NCBI RefSeq assembly: GCF_000145295.1
Contig: NC_014408.1
Location: forward strand, 1,602,696-1,634,695
Origin: Methanothermobacter marburgensis str. Marburg
Lineage (GTDB): Archaea > Methanobacteriota > Methanobacteria > Methanobacteriales > Methanothermobacteraceae
DNA length: 32,000 bases
Direction of reading: 5' to 3'
Positions 10,808 to 20,185 of the stretch are shown one piece after another. Within the stretch, counting starts at the first letter, position 1; the number at the start of each line of letters is the position of its first letter. The notes beneath the pieces are model-generated. The model did not search any database. It was not told the origin of the DNA and saw only the letters and a program-made list of their open reading frames with translations. Position numbers and translations under genes: made by a program.

Positions 10808-12001
10808 GTGCGTACAGAGGACGTGAGGGCCGACATACCACTCCTCAGGGAGAATGTGTACCTTGATGCCGCGAGCACAACCCCAACCCCCCTCCCCATT
10901 GTGAGGGCAATGACAGAGTACTTTGAAGGATACAACGCCAATACAGGACGAGGGGCGTATTCACTTGCAGTTGAAGCAACCATGAAACTTCAGGAAGCCC
11001 GGAGAAAGGTTGCAGGATTCATAAATGCCTCTGAGGACGAAATAGTATTCACAAAGAACACCTCCGAGGCCATAAACATTGTGGCGAGTGGCCTCAAATT
11101 CAGGAAGGGGGACTCGGTGGTTGTACCCAACATCGAGCACCACTCCAACTTCCTGCCCTGGCTCAGGCTCCGTGAAAGGGGTGTTGATGTAAGGATAGTG
11201 ATGGCAGATGAAAATGGCGTTGTGGGCCCTGCAATGGTTGAAGAGGCGGTCGATGAGACCACACGGCTTGTAACCATAACCCACATCTCCAATGCCCTTG
11301 GTACGGTGCAGGATGTGAAGGAGATTGAAAGGATCGCCCATGAAAACGGTGCCCTCTACATGATTGACGGGGCCCAGTCCATTGGACATATGAAGGTCGA
11401 TGTTAGGGAGCTGGGGGCAGATTTTGCAGCCTTCCCTGGCCACAAGGGGACCCTGGGTCCTGTGGGGACGGGTTTCCTCTACTGCAGGAGTGAGTGCCAG
11501 GATGAACTTGAACCATTCATGCTGGGTGGGGGTACCGTCATTGATGTCTCAGAGGATGACTACGTCCTGGAAGAGTTTCCCTCAAGGTTCGAGGCAGGGA
11601 CCCTCAACATAGCAGGCTTCATAGGTCTGGGGGCATCCATAGATTACATCAACAGGATAGGAATCCATAAAATCAGAAAGCATGGCCTGAAAATGACAGA
11701 AAAACTCTGCAGTGAGGTTTCATCCATTGACAAAATCCAGTGCTATGGTGACCCCCAAAATATTTATGGTATTCTTTCCTTCAACATAGATAATATGGAC
11801 CCCCATGACGTTGCAAAGCTGCTGGATGAAACCGCCGGTGTGTGTGTTAGAAGCGGCCACCACTGCGCGATACCAGCCATGAGGCACCTTGGAGTTCATG
11901 AATCCGGTGGCACCGTGAGGGCATCCATACACTACTACAATACAGATGAGGACATTGAGGTCCTTGCAGAAACCCTGAGGGAAATAGCAATGATGGGGTG
12001 A
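10808..12001 (+). CDS. Class V aminotransferase, cysteine desulfurase-like (SufS/Csd/NifS family)
   Basis: PLP-lysine region FPGHKGTLGPVGTGFLY, HHSNFLPW, and the active-site cysteine loop RSGHHCAIP. GTG at 10808 preferred (GAGGGGTGA upstream); the ORF-track TTG at 10793 overlaps leuB. Confidence 0.8.
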   Translation: MRTEDVRADIPLLRENVYLDAASTTPTPLPIVRAMTEYFEGYNANTGRGAYSLAVEATMKLQEARRKVAGFINASEDEIVFTKNTSEAINIVASGLKFRKGDSVVVPNIEHHSNFLPWLRLRERGVDVRIVMADENGVVGPAMVEEAVDETTRLVTITHISNALGTVQDVKEIERIAHENGALYMIDGAQSIGHMKVDVRELGADFAAFPGHKGTLGPVGTGFLYCRSECQDELEPFMLGGGTVIDVSEDDYVLEEFPSRFEAGTLNIAGFIGLGASIDYINRIGIHKIRKHGLKMTEKLCSEVSSIDKIQCYGDPQNIYGILSFNIDNMDPHDVAKLLDETAGVCVRSGHHCAIPAMRHLGVHESGGTVRASIHYYNTDEDIEVLAETLREIAMMG

Positions 12002-12005
12002 TGGG

Positions 12006-12086
12006 ATGAATAAGGCACAGATAATAGCACTGCTCATAGTAATCATAATGGTCTTAAGTACCATTGCAGGCGCACTTGTACTCTAA
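12006..12086 (+). CDS. Candidate 26-aa hydrophobic micro-protein (MNKAQIIALLIVIIMVLSTIAGALVL)
   Basis: Below the ORF-track size cutoff; found by reading the 97-nt gap. GGGGTGAT SD lies 3 nt before the ATG, the same spacing as neighbouring genes. Its stop TAA overlaps the ribH SD (TAAAGGAGG). Predicted single transmembrane helix. Confidence 0.35.
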   Translation: MNKAQIIALLIVIIMVLSTIAGALVL

Positions 12087-12098
12087 AGGAGGTATTAA

Positions 12099-12515
12099 AT
12101 GGCAGATGTCAGAATAGGGGCTGTGGTAGCCGAATTCAACTATGACATAACACATATGATGCTTGAACTTGCAAAAGAACATGCCAAATTTCTTGAATCC
12201 GAAATAACAAGGGTTATAGCTGTTCCAGGGGTATTCGATATGCCGCTCGCGGTTAAGAAGCTTCTCCTGGATGATGAAATCGACGCTGTTATCACACTGG
12301 GGGCTGTTATTGAGGGGGCAACGGACCATGACCAGATAGTGGTCCAGCACGCTTCACGTAAGATAGCGGACCTTTCACTTGAATACGATAAGCCCGTGGC
12401 CCTTGGAATATCCGGCCCCGGTATGACAAGGTTGGAAGCCCACCAGCGTGTTGACTATGCAAAGAGGGCCGTTGAGGCAGCCGTTAAAATGTACAGAAGA
12501 CTCAACGAAATTTGA
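12099..12515 (+). CDS. ribH: 6,7-dimethyl-8-ribityllumazine synthase (archaeal type)
   Basis: 138 aa. Contains [28 protein letters not shown] and [27 protein letters not shown], which closely resemble the archaeal lumazine synthase as I recall it. Strong AAGGAGGT SD. Confidence 0.88.
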   Translation: MADVRIGAVVAEFNYDITHMMLELAKEHAKFLESEITRVIAVPGVFDMPLAVKKLLLDDEIDAVITLGAVIEGATDHDQIVVQHASRKIADLSLEYDKPVALGISGPGMTRLEAHQRVDYAKRAVEAAVKMYRRLNEI

Positions 12516-12533
12516 TATTTCTGGAGAACCTCC

Positions 12534-13466
12534 ATGGAAATACTCAGACCATCAGACTTGAAGGAAAGGTTCAGGGACCCCTGGATATCACCCTACACCA
12601 AGGTCCTCACCATGGTGGACGGGGACCTCGTTGAGATCCTGGAATACCACCCCTGCATCTCAGGGTCAGAGTGGATGATATACCAGTACAGCAGGTCAAG
12701 CAAGCTGATAGAGAGGGCCCGGAGGGATGGTAACCGGCACACCTACCTTGCACATACCGGTAAGGTCCCAATAGAACTCAGGGCGAGTCTCAACGCCGCT
12801 GGAATAGAGGAGGTGGCTGTTGAGGGTGACGAGGTCCGCGTTGTGCATGCCGGCCTTGCAGGTGCCGGGGTCGGTGCTGCCATGTGCCGGGGCATGGCAG
12901 AGGGTGTGAAGAGAATCGAACTCTATGAGGTGGGAGGGGGCTCAAAGCCCGGGAGGGCAGCCGTGATAACACCCCGCCTCGAAAAGGTTGTCCTGGGTAT
13001 AGATGACACAGACACCCCTGAAAGCGGCGCGACCTGGACCCTTGCCAACAATATGGGTATGGAGATTTCCAGGAGGGGATTTGAGTACATTGACCATGTG
13101 ACGGTTCAGCTCTACCCGCACAACCCCCACAAAACACAGAACTGTGTTTCAGTTGCCCTTGCCTTCGCGGTGCAGCCCGGTAAGAGCACTGAACTTGTCG
13201 ATCTTGCTGCAGATTTTCTTGAAGAGAACACCCTTTCCGATAAAACTTCAATTGCAGTTTTCAGGGGAATAAAGGTTCCAGAAGAGCTTAAAGAGTATTC
13301 AATGATGGCCAAAAAGAGTTTTATGGAAGTTGAGGATGCCGAAGAAGTTGCAGAGTCCCTTGGAATAGACCTCATCGAGGTAACAGGTTCACAGGGTAAG
13401 ATAGGGGCCCTTGCAGCCATCGGCCTCTATGATGATCCAGAAGAAGCTGCAAGGGTATACTACTGA
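12534..13466 (+). CDS. Conserved archaeal protein with a TiaS-like GIDDTD domain (possibly the family called methanogenesis marker protein 11; unverified)
   Basis: C-terminal half has VVLGIDDTDTPESGATWTLANNMG...VQLYPHNPHKTQNCVSVALAF. This resembles the N-terminal ATP-binding domain of tRNA(Ile2) agmatidine synthetase TiaS (GIDDTDS...RLNPNIPYKTRGNGAV). The N-terminal ~150 aa are unrecognised. Confidence 0.5.
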   Translation: MEILRPSDLKERFRDPWISPYTKVLTMVDGDLVEILEYHPCISGSEWMIYQYSRSSKLIERARRDGNRHTYLAHTGKVPIELRASLNAAGIEEVAVEGDEVRVVHAGLAGAGVGAAMCRGMAEGVKRIELYEVGGGSKPGRAAVITPRLEKVVLGIDDTDTPESGATWTLANNMGMEISRRGFEYIDHVTVQLYPHNPHKTQNCVSVALAFAVQPGKSTELVDLAADFLEENTLSDKTSIAVFRGIKVPEELKEYSMMAKKSFMEVEDAEEVAESLGIDLIEVTGSQGKIGALAAIGLYDDPEEAARVYY

Positions 13467-15163
13467 CCTGAGAACCATATGTTAAGGAATTTCCCCTCAG
13501 ATGCAGATGCAAACCTCATGTCAGATGAACCCCCTCTTCTGATATCAATTTTTATTATATGGCCCCCATAGTAGATCCTGTAGCTGGAGTCCTCTCCCCT
13601 GAACCTTATATTCCTTATAACCTCACCATTAACAGATAAAGTGTATGAACCATTCTTCATGACCCCACTGGCCTCTGCAACCAGCCGATTGTCAACGTAA
13701 ACCATGACCTCCGACGCCTGGGACTCATCGTACTGAATTATGATACCGTTATATACCGTCATGTTTGAGCTGGATATGTTCCTAATTGCATAGACGTTGC
13801 TGAATATCTTTCGAAGATTTCCATCCTGGATCACGTCTCCCACGTTAACCCCGAGGGCCTCCCTTGCACTGGTTGGGATTCTCATTATGTTACCTTCACC
13901 CTCACGGGTCCTGTTGAGTGTATAGGCCTCACCATTCAGAACCGCCGTGTCACCATAATTGAGCCCAAGGGTATTTATCGCCTCCTCGGGAATTCTTATG
14001 GATTTATTCTCATTTTCAAGTGCGCTGTCAACCCTGTATGGTCCCCTGACATCAAATGTTCTGTTTTCATTGCTCTTCTTCCATATTATGAGGTTACCTG
14101 ATGTCGGTTCAATTGATATTTTACCATCGTCCACCTTGACTGCGCCCAGCAGTGTTGAGATCATTGCAAGAAGGATAAGGCCAGACACCAGAATGGGAAA
14201 GTGCATGTATATGAATGATCTAGCCGTCTGAAGCTTGCCCCGGGAGCGCCTGAAAACGTATATTGATCTTCTTATTAAGCTTATGAAGTAATAGAGAGCA
14301 ACTATGGATCCTAAAACCGCTATAATGATCCCCGCTGTTGCTGGTATTGCCCTTATAAAGAATATACTGAATATCCCAAGGGTTGTAAGTGAAAGACCCA
14401 GTATGCACATTCTTATGGACTTTCCCATGGTGTCCATCATGGTTATTCTGCCGTACTCGAGTGCCCTGTCAACTATGGTCCTTACAACCTCATTGGCCAC
14501 CAGATTAAGGTCCTTGAGGCTTGCCATGTCATGGTGTATTGTCCCTATATCCACCTCCTTAACTGTGAGGCCAAGGACATCCGCATCAAGGACTATGCCA
14601 ACATCGACCCCATAATCATCCTCGAATTTCATCTTCTCAAGGGCAGATCTCCTAGCTGCGAACTGTCCGCTTAGTGGCTGTTCAAATTTTATCTCAGGGA
14701 AGAAGAAATTCAGGAGTGGCTTTGCAGTTAACTCAGTAACCCTTCCAGCCTTTCTCCTGAAACGTGTTTTTGTGAGGTCCGCCCTCCCCCTCAAGATGGG
14801 CCTTATCATCCTCTCAATCTTTTCTGTTGTCATATTCTCAAGGTCAGCGTCAACAAAAACCACTATGTCCCCGCTGGAATGCTTGAATCCCGTCCTCAGT
14901 GCAGCGCCCTTGCCGCGGTTGCTGGCATGCCTTATAACCCTTGCACCTGCAGCCTCTGCCACGCCGGCGGTGTTATCTGTGGACCCATCATCCACCACTA
15001 TGACCTCACTCACTAGTTTAGAGCCTTTAGCTGCTTCTACAACCAGTGCGACGGTCTTTTCCTCATTGAAAGCTGGTATAACCACTGAAACTGTCTGGTC
15101 ATCTTCCTTCACTGTCCTGAGGGCACATAAAAAGAAGACCAGGATCAGAATAAGCCATGACAT
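13460..15163 (-). CDS. Membrane-bound family 2 glycosyltransferase with a large C-terminal non-catalytic domain
   Basis: N-terminal TM helix, then the GT-A motifs VVIPAFNEE, VVDDGSTDNT and FVDADL. Three TM helices follow (aa ~250-340), then a ~225 aa sequon-rich domain. GGAGAAGGTG SD. Confidence 0.8.
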   Translation of the reverse strand: MSWLILILVFFLCALRTVKEDDQTVSVVIPAFNEEKTVALVVEAAKGSKLVSEVIVVDDGSTDNTAGVAEAAGARVIRHASNRGKGAALRTGFKHSSGDIVVFVDADLENMTTEKIERMIRPILRGRADLTKTRFRRKAGRVTELTAKPLLNFFFPEIKFEQPLSGQFAARRSALEKMKFEDDYGVDVGIVLDADVLGLTVKEVDIGTIHHDMASLKDLNLVANEVVRTIVDRALEYGRITMMDTMGKSIRMCILGLSLTTLGIFSIFFIRAIPATAGIIIAVLGSIVALYYFISLIRRSIYVFRRSRGKLQTARSFIYMHFPILVSGLILLAMISTLLGAVKVDDGKISIEPTSGNLIIWKKSNENRTFDVRGPYRVDSALENENKSIRIPEEAINTLGLNYGDTAVLNGEAYTLNRTREGEGNIMRIPTSAREALGVNVGDVIQDGNLRKIFSNVYAIRNISSSNMTVYNGIIIQYDESQASEVMVYVDNRLVAEASGVMKNGSYTLSVNGEVIRNIRFRGEDSSYRIYYGGHIIKIDIRRGGSSDMRFASASEGKFLNIWFSGQ

Positions 15164-15300
15164 CCCTACACCTTCTCCTACCTATGAAGTTCTATTGGTT
15201 GAAAACCCTTAAATATTAAGCTATTAAGACGCTTCGGGAGATTCTATTAAATATGAATTGGAATAAATATCTATCCATAAATGTAAAGGTGAATCTCTAA

Positions 15301-16305
15301 ATGAAGCCCAGAGTTATGATACTCCTTGGAAGTGCATCAGACTTCAGGATAGCTGAAAAGGCCATGGAGATCTTTGAAGAACTCAGGATACCCTATGATC
15401 TCAGGGTTGCCTCGGCCCACAGGACCCATGAAAAGGTGAAGGCTATAGTCTCTGAGTCCATAAAGGAGGGTGTTGAAGTCTTCATAGGTATAGCAGGACT
15501 CTCTGCCCACCTTCCCGGCATGATATCGGCTAATACCCACCGCCCGGTGATAGGTGTCCCGGTCGATGTTAAACTCGGAGGACTTGACGCCCTTTTCGCA
15601 TGCTCACAGATGCCCTTCCCTGCCCCTGTTGCAACGGTTGGTGTTGACAGGGGAGAAAACGCCGCAATACTGGCTGCACAGATAATAGGGATAGGTGACC
15701 CGGAGGTGAGGGACCGGGTCTCTGAACTCAGAAGGGGTTTCTATGAGAAGGTCCGAAGGGATGAGTGCCAGGTACTCAACAGCATAGAGGGGTCATACTA
15801 CGCCCCCCTCGATGTTGAACTGCCAGAAATACAGGAAAAGGAAAAATCTGGTGAAGAAGACGCCCCGATGGTATCTGTGATTCCTGGCAGCTACTCGGAC
15901 ATGAAAATCGCCAAGAAGACAACAATGTTCCTTGAGAGGATGGGTATAAGCTATGACCTCAACGTCATATCACCCATAAGGTACCCCGACAGGTTCGAGA
16001 GGTACCTTGAGCGGATGGAGAATGTTAAGCTCTTCATAGCGATAAGCGGACTCTCTGCCCATGTTACAGGTGCCGTGGTCGCCCTCAGTGACAGGCCTGT
16101 GATCGGTGTTCCATGTCCCCTCAAAATGAACGGCTGGGATTCCCTCCTTTCAATGGTTAACATGCCGCCAGGTGTCCCTGTTGGGACCGTTGGAATCGGT
16201 AACGGTGGTAACGCGGCAATACTGGCGGCTGAAATGCTTGGAATATATGACAGTAAAATTGAGTCCAGGATAAAGAGGATAAAAAGCCGTTCAGTCAAGT
16301 TCTGA
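15301..16305 (+). CDS. purE: Phosphoribosylaminoimidazole carboxylase/mutase PurE, tandem-duplicated (two PurE domains in one chain)
   Basis: Domain 1 has [13 protein letters not shown] and GLSAHLPGM...PVIGVPV. Domain 2 has [13 protein letters not shown] and GLSAHVTGA...PVIGVPCP. Confidence 0.9.
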   Translation: MKPRVMILLGSASDFRIAEKAMEIFEELRIPYDLRVASAHRTHEKVKAIVSESIKEGVEVFIGIAGLSAHLPGMISANTHRPVIGVPVDVKLGGLDALFACSQMPFPAPVATVGVDRGENAAILAAQIIGIGDPEVRDRVSELRRGFYEKVRRDECQVLNSIEGSYYAPLDVELPEIQEKEKSGEEDAPMVSVIPGSYSDMKIAKKTTMFLERMGISYDLNVISPIRYPDRFERYLERMENVKLFIAISGLSAHVTGAVVALSDRPVIGVPCPLKMNGWDSLLSMVNMPPGVPVGTVGIGNGGNAAILAAEMLGIYDSKIESRIKRIKSRSVKF

Positions 16306-16315
16306 TGGTGATTCA

Positions 16316-17587
16316 ATGAGAGAGTTCCTTGATAGGCTTGACGAAGAACCCGTGATAATTGAGGATGAGGTTTCGACCCGATTTGAGGCGGCAGGTATAC
16401 TGAGGAGGCATCCAAGGGATGTTGTGATACTGAGGAATGTACGGGAATCAGATATCCCTGTCATATCTGGCCTCTGCAATACCAGGGAAAAGATCGCCCT
16501 CTCCCTGAACTGCCAGGTCAATGAGATAACCCAGCGCATTGTCCATGCAATGGAAAACCCGACACCCATCAGAAATGTGAGGGGCCTTGAGGGTTACAGT
16601 TCAGAGGATGCCGACCTCTCAAGGCTCCCGGTTCTAACCCACTACCAGAGGGATGGAGGCCCCTACATAACAGCAGGGGTCATATTTGCCAGGGACCCTG
16701 AAACCGGAATCAGGAACGCCTCCATCCACAGGATGATGGTCATATCCAGTGACAGGATGGCCGTCCGTATAGTTCCAAGGCACCTTTACACATACCACCA
16801 GCGGGCCGAGGAGATGGGTGAGGACCTTGAGATAGCAGTGGCCATAGGCATGGACCCCGCCACCCTCCTTGCTACAACCACATCCATACCGATAGATGCC
16901 GATGAAATGGAGGTTGCAAACACCTTCCACGACGGAAAACTGGAACTTGTGAGGTGCAGTGGAGTTGGCCTTGAGGTCCCCCCTGCAGAGATAATACTTG
17001 AGGGCCGGATACTCTGCGGTGAAAGGGAAAGTGAGGGTCCCTTTGTCGACCTCACAGACACCTATGACGTTGTAAGGGAGGAACCTGTCATAGCCCTTGA
17101 TAGAATGCATATAAAGGAAGATGCCATGTACCATGCGATTCTGCCAGCAGGATTTGAACACAGGTTACTTCAGGGGCTGCCCCAGGAGCCAAGGATATAC
17201 AGGGCAGCTAAGAATACGGTGCCCACGGTCAGGAATGTTGTTCTAACCGAGGGAGGATGCTGCTGGCTCCATGCAGCCATATCAATTAAAAAGCAGAGTC
17301 AGGGGGACGGCAAGAATGTGATAATGGCGGCCCTTGCAGCCCATCCATCCCTCAAACATGTGGTGGTTGTGGATGACGACATAGACGTTTTTGACCCTGA
17401 GGAAATCGAATATGCCGTGGCAACAAGGGTGAAGGGCGATGATGACATATTGATAGTCCCCGGGGCAAGGGGCTCATCCCTGGACCCTGCAGCACTTCCC
17501 GATGGTACAACAACCAAGGTTGGTGTTGATGCAACGGTGCCCCTCGCTGGCGCAGAAAAATTCCAGAGGGTCAGTCGGTCCGAGTGA
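16316..17587 (+). CDS. UbiD-family (prenylated-FMN dependent) decarboxylase
   Basis: 423 aa. [20 protein letters not shown]-terminus and [29 protein letters not shown] core are typical of UbiD. GGTGAT SD 3 nt upstream. Starts 10 nt after purE. Confidence 0.85.
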   Translation: MREFLDRLDEEPVIIEDEVSTRFEAAGILRRHPRDVVILRNVRESDIPVISGLCNTREKIALSLNCQVNEITQRIVHAMENPTPIRNVRGLEGYSSEDADLSRLPVLTHYQRDGGPYITAGVIFARDPETGIRNASIHRMMVISSDRMAVRIVPRHLYTYHQRAEEMGEDLEIAVAIGMDPATLLATTTSIPIDADEMEVANTFHDGKLELVRCSGVGLEVPPAEIILEGRILCGERESEGPFVDLTDTYDVVREEPVIALDRMHIKEDAMYHAILPAGFEHRLLQGLPQEPRIYRAAKNTVPTVRNVVLTEGGCCWLHAAISIKKQSQGDGKNVIMAALAAHPSLKHVVVVDDDIDVFDPEEIEYAVATRVKGDDDILIVPGARGSSLDPAALPDGTTTKVGVDATVPLAGAEKFQRVSRSE

Positions 17588-17588
17588 A

Positions 17589-17613
17589 AGGGTACCCTAA
17601 GAATTTATTTTTT
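17589..17613 (+). terminator. Putative terminator after the UbiD-family gene
   Basis: Palindrome AGGGTACCCT one nt after the stop, followed by TTTATTTTTT (17604-17613). Confidence 0.4.
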
Positions 17614-17721
17614 GGATAGTACTTCGTTTTCTTCCTATTTTATGGACACAAGTCTCAGCCAAAACACAGTTACAGAAATAAAACAGCACTTCTATTCTCC
17701 AATACCTTGAGACTCAGTTAA

Positions 17722-18729
17722 CTAATCTATTACAACGTCTACATCGGCTCTGCAGGAGCTGCACTTACCATCCCTGATCCCCACTGTTCTTGTGAGGTAG
17801 CCATCCCTCTTTATGATTAGCTCACCACAAACCGGACAGTAGGTGTTCTCAGCATCGGTTCCTGGAAGGTTCCCCACGTACACATACTTCATCCCCGCCT
17901 CAAGGGCAAGCTCCCTGGCCCTCATCAGTCTCTCAACCCCGGTTGGGGGCACATTCTGCATCCTGTAATGTGGAAAGAACCTCGTGAAATGGAGTGGAAC
18001 CTCAACCCCGACCTCAGATACCATGAAGTTCACAAGGGCCACTATATCATCATCAGAGTCATTGTAACCGGGTATGAGTAGGTTGGTGACCTCTATATGG
18101 ATACCCATCTCATGCATCCTTATGATGTTCTCGAGTACGGGTTCAGGCTTTGCATCACATAGCTCACGATAGAATCGCCCAGACATTCCCTTGAGATCAA
18201 CATTTGCAGCGTCCAGTAGGGGTCCAAGCAGGTTGAGGGCCTCCTCACTCATGTAGCCATTTGTAACATAAACCGTTTTGAGGCCCTCTGCCCTTGCACG
18301 TTCTGCAGAGTCCAGGGTGTACTCAAGCCACATGGTTGGCTCATTGTAGGTCCATGCTATGGAGGTGCAGTTACTTCTGAGGGCATTTTCAACCGCCTCC
18401 TCCGGTGAGATGTACTTGGTTGGGAAGCCATCTATGCGTGCCTGTGATATGCTCCAGTTCTGGCAGTACCTGCACCTGAAGTTACATCCAACACTGCCAA
18501 GGGAGTAGACGAGGCTGCCAGGGTGAAAGTGGAAGAGTGGCTTCTTCTCTATCGGGTCAACCGCCTCTGAGGATACCTCCCCATAGGTGAGAGAATAGAT
18601 TTTACCGTCGCTATTTTCACGCGTGAGACAGTACCCCCTTCCCCCTTCGGGTATCAAGCACTTTCTACTGCATACCAGGCACCTCAACCTATCATCGGCC
18701 TTCTCATAGAGTATGGATTCCTTCCTCAT
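17722..18729 (-). CDS. Radical SAM enzyme, PflA-like / AmmeMemoRadiSam-system type
   Basis: CNFRCRYCQNW (CxxxCxxC). N-terminal Cys cluster CLVCSRKC...GYC and C-terminal CPVCG...CSSC. 335 aa. Confidence 0.8.
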   Translation of the reverse strand: MRKESILYEKADDRLRCLVCSRKCLIPEGGRGYCLTRENSDGKIYSLTYGEVSSEAVDPIEKKPLFHFHPGSLVYSLGSVGCNFRCRYCQNWSISQARIDGFPTKYISPEEAVENALRSNCTSIAWTYNEPTMWLEYTLDSAERARAEGLKTVYVTNGYMSEEALNLLGPLLDAANVDLKGMSGRFYRELCDAKPEPVLENIIRMHEMGIHIEVTNLLIPGYNDSDDDIVALVNFMVSEVGVEVPLHFTRFFPHYRMQNVPPTGVERLMRARELALEAGMKYVYVGNLPGTDAENTYCPVCGELIIKRDGYLTRTVGIRDGKCSSCRADVDVVID

Positions 18730-18747
18730 GGTATCCCCCCACTGCAG

Positions 18748-19740
18748 TCAGGGGCGCAGATGTTCATAGCCCCTCACATGAAGTTTATATGTATCTCCAT
18801 GCTTATCAACCATTTCAATGGAGGGTGACTCTATGACCTCACCTATGATGTGTACTTCCATTATTCTGGAGAGTTCATCCATTGCATCAGGTGGTGCAGT
18901 GAAAACAAGTTCAAAATCCTCCCCATAGTACAGGGCAAGTTCCAGTGGATCCACTCCAAGGAGGGATGCTGCCTCTGATACCTGGGGAGGTACAGGTAAC
19001 TTCACCTCGTGGATCCTCATCCCCACGCCGCTGGCATCCCTCAGCTCACCAAGTTCACTTATGAGGCCATCGGTTATGTCTGTGGCCGAAGACACAAGCC
19101 CAGACTTCGCCATTCTGGATGCCTCTTCAACCCTTGCAATGGGTTTCAGGGATTTTTCAACCGCAGCCTCAAATCCAGCAGTATCTGTTCCCGATAGAAG
19201 AAGTTCTGTGCCTGCAGCTCCAAGTCCAAGGGGCCCCGTAACTGCAATGAGGTCCCCTGGCCTGGCACCGGACTTCATCATCACAAATTCCTTTCTGACT
19301 CTTCCAATGGCTGTGCCCCCCATTATTATCTCATCCCCCTCATTGGTATCTCCCCCAATGAGGGGTGCGCCGTAGTAACTGCAGGCCTCCAGGACGCCGC
19401 TTATGAGGGAGTCGAAGGATTCCAGCTCAAGGTCAGGAAGGGCCATGGAGAGTATGAAACCCTCCAGTGCAGCCCCCATTGCAGCCAGGTCGCTCATGTT
19501 CACTGTAACCGTCTTCCATCCCATATCTTGATAACTCATTGTAGGGGGAAAGTGCCTGCTTTCAATTAGAAGGTCTGAGGTCAGTGCAAGGTATTCCTCC
19601 CCCATATCAAGAAGTGCGGCATCATCTCCAAGACCAAGAAGCTCTGAGGGTTTGAAAAATGAGGCTGATCTTGATATTATCCTTGAGATGAGTTTCTTCT
19701 CGCCAAGGGATGATATTCTATCAGGGGGCATTTCTATCAA
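18748..19740 (-). CDS. thiL: Thiamine-monophosphate kinase (AIR synthase-related fold)
   Basis: [10 protein letters not shown]..., GLGDDAALL and [13 protein letters not shown], plus PurM-like N and C domains. Start uncertain: TTG at 19740 or ATG at 19731. Confidence 0.8.
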   Translation of the reverse strand: MIEMPPDRISSLGEKKLISRIISRSASFFKPSELLGLGDDAALLDMGEEYLALTSDLLIESRHFPPTMSYQDMGWKTVTVNMSDLAAMGAALEGFILSMALPDLELESFDSLISGVLEACSYYGAPLIGGDTNEGDEIIMGGTAIGRVRKEFVMMKSGARPGDLIAVTGPLGLGAAGTELLLSGTDTAGFEAAVEKSLKPIARVEEASRMAKSGLVSSATDITDGLISELGELRDASGVGMRIHEVKLPVPPQVSEAASLLGVDPLELALYYGEDFELVFTAPPDAMDELSRIMEVHIIGEVIESPSIEMVDKHGDTYKLHVRGYEHLRP

Positions 19741-19759
19741 AATAAATTGGGGGTTACCC

Positions 19760-20185
19760 TTAAATTGCTGATTTAACCCTGTCCCGGATTATCTCAGCAA
19801 TTCGCGGATCTGCCCCTAGGGGCTCGGTGTAGACTATCTCACCGTCGAATTCAAATTCCTCATGCTCATGTTCATGGTGATGGTGATGTTCAGTGCCATT
19901 ATCAAGACCCAGAATGTGTGGTATGTCGTGTTTGGTGTGGACTCCATGGGCCAGGAAGACCGGTGTAACAATAATCTTTTCAACGCCCATTGCTGCGAGT
20001 TCATTTATTGCCTCTGGTATTGATGGCCTGGATATGTTCATGAACCCCACTGCAACAGGATGGTCAACCTCCTTCCTGTAGATATCTGCTATGCCATTTA
20101 TGACCTCCTCACCGTAGGGCAAGCGGCTTCCATGCCCCACAAGAAGAACACCTATCTTAGTTTTTTGGCCTGAATTTGAATCCAT
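19760..20185 (-). CDS. cfbA: Small class II chelatase CbiX(S)/CfbA (sirohydrochlorin cobalt/nickel chelatase)
   Basis: 141 aa. VLLVGHGSR and [10 protein letters not shown] catalytic-His motifs. His-rich insert [23 protein letters not shown] 3 nt upstream of the ATG. Confidence 0.85.
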   Translation of the reverse strand: MDSNSGQKTKIGVLLVGHGSRLPYGEEVINGIADIYRKEVDHPVAVGFMNISRPSIPEAINELAAMGVEKIIVTPVFLAHGVHTKHDIPHILGLDNGTEHHHHHEHEHEEFEFDGEIVYTEPLGADPRIAEIIRDRVKSAI

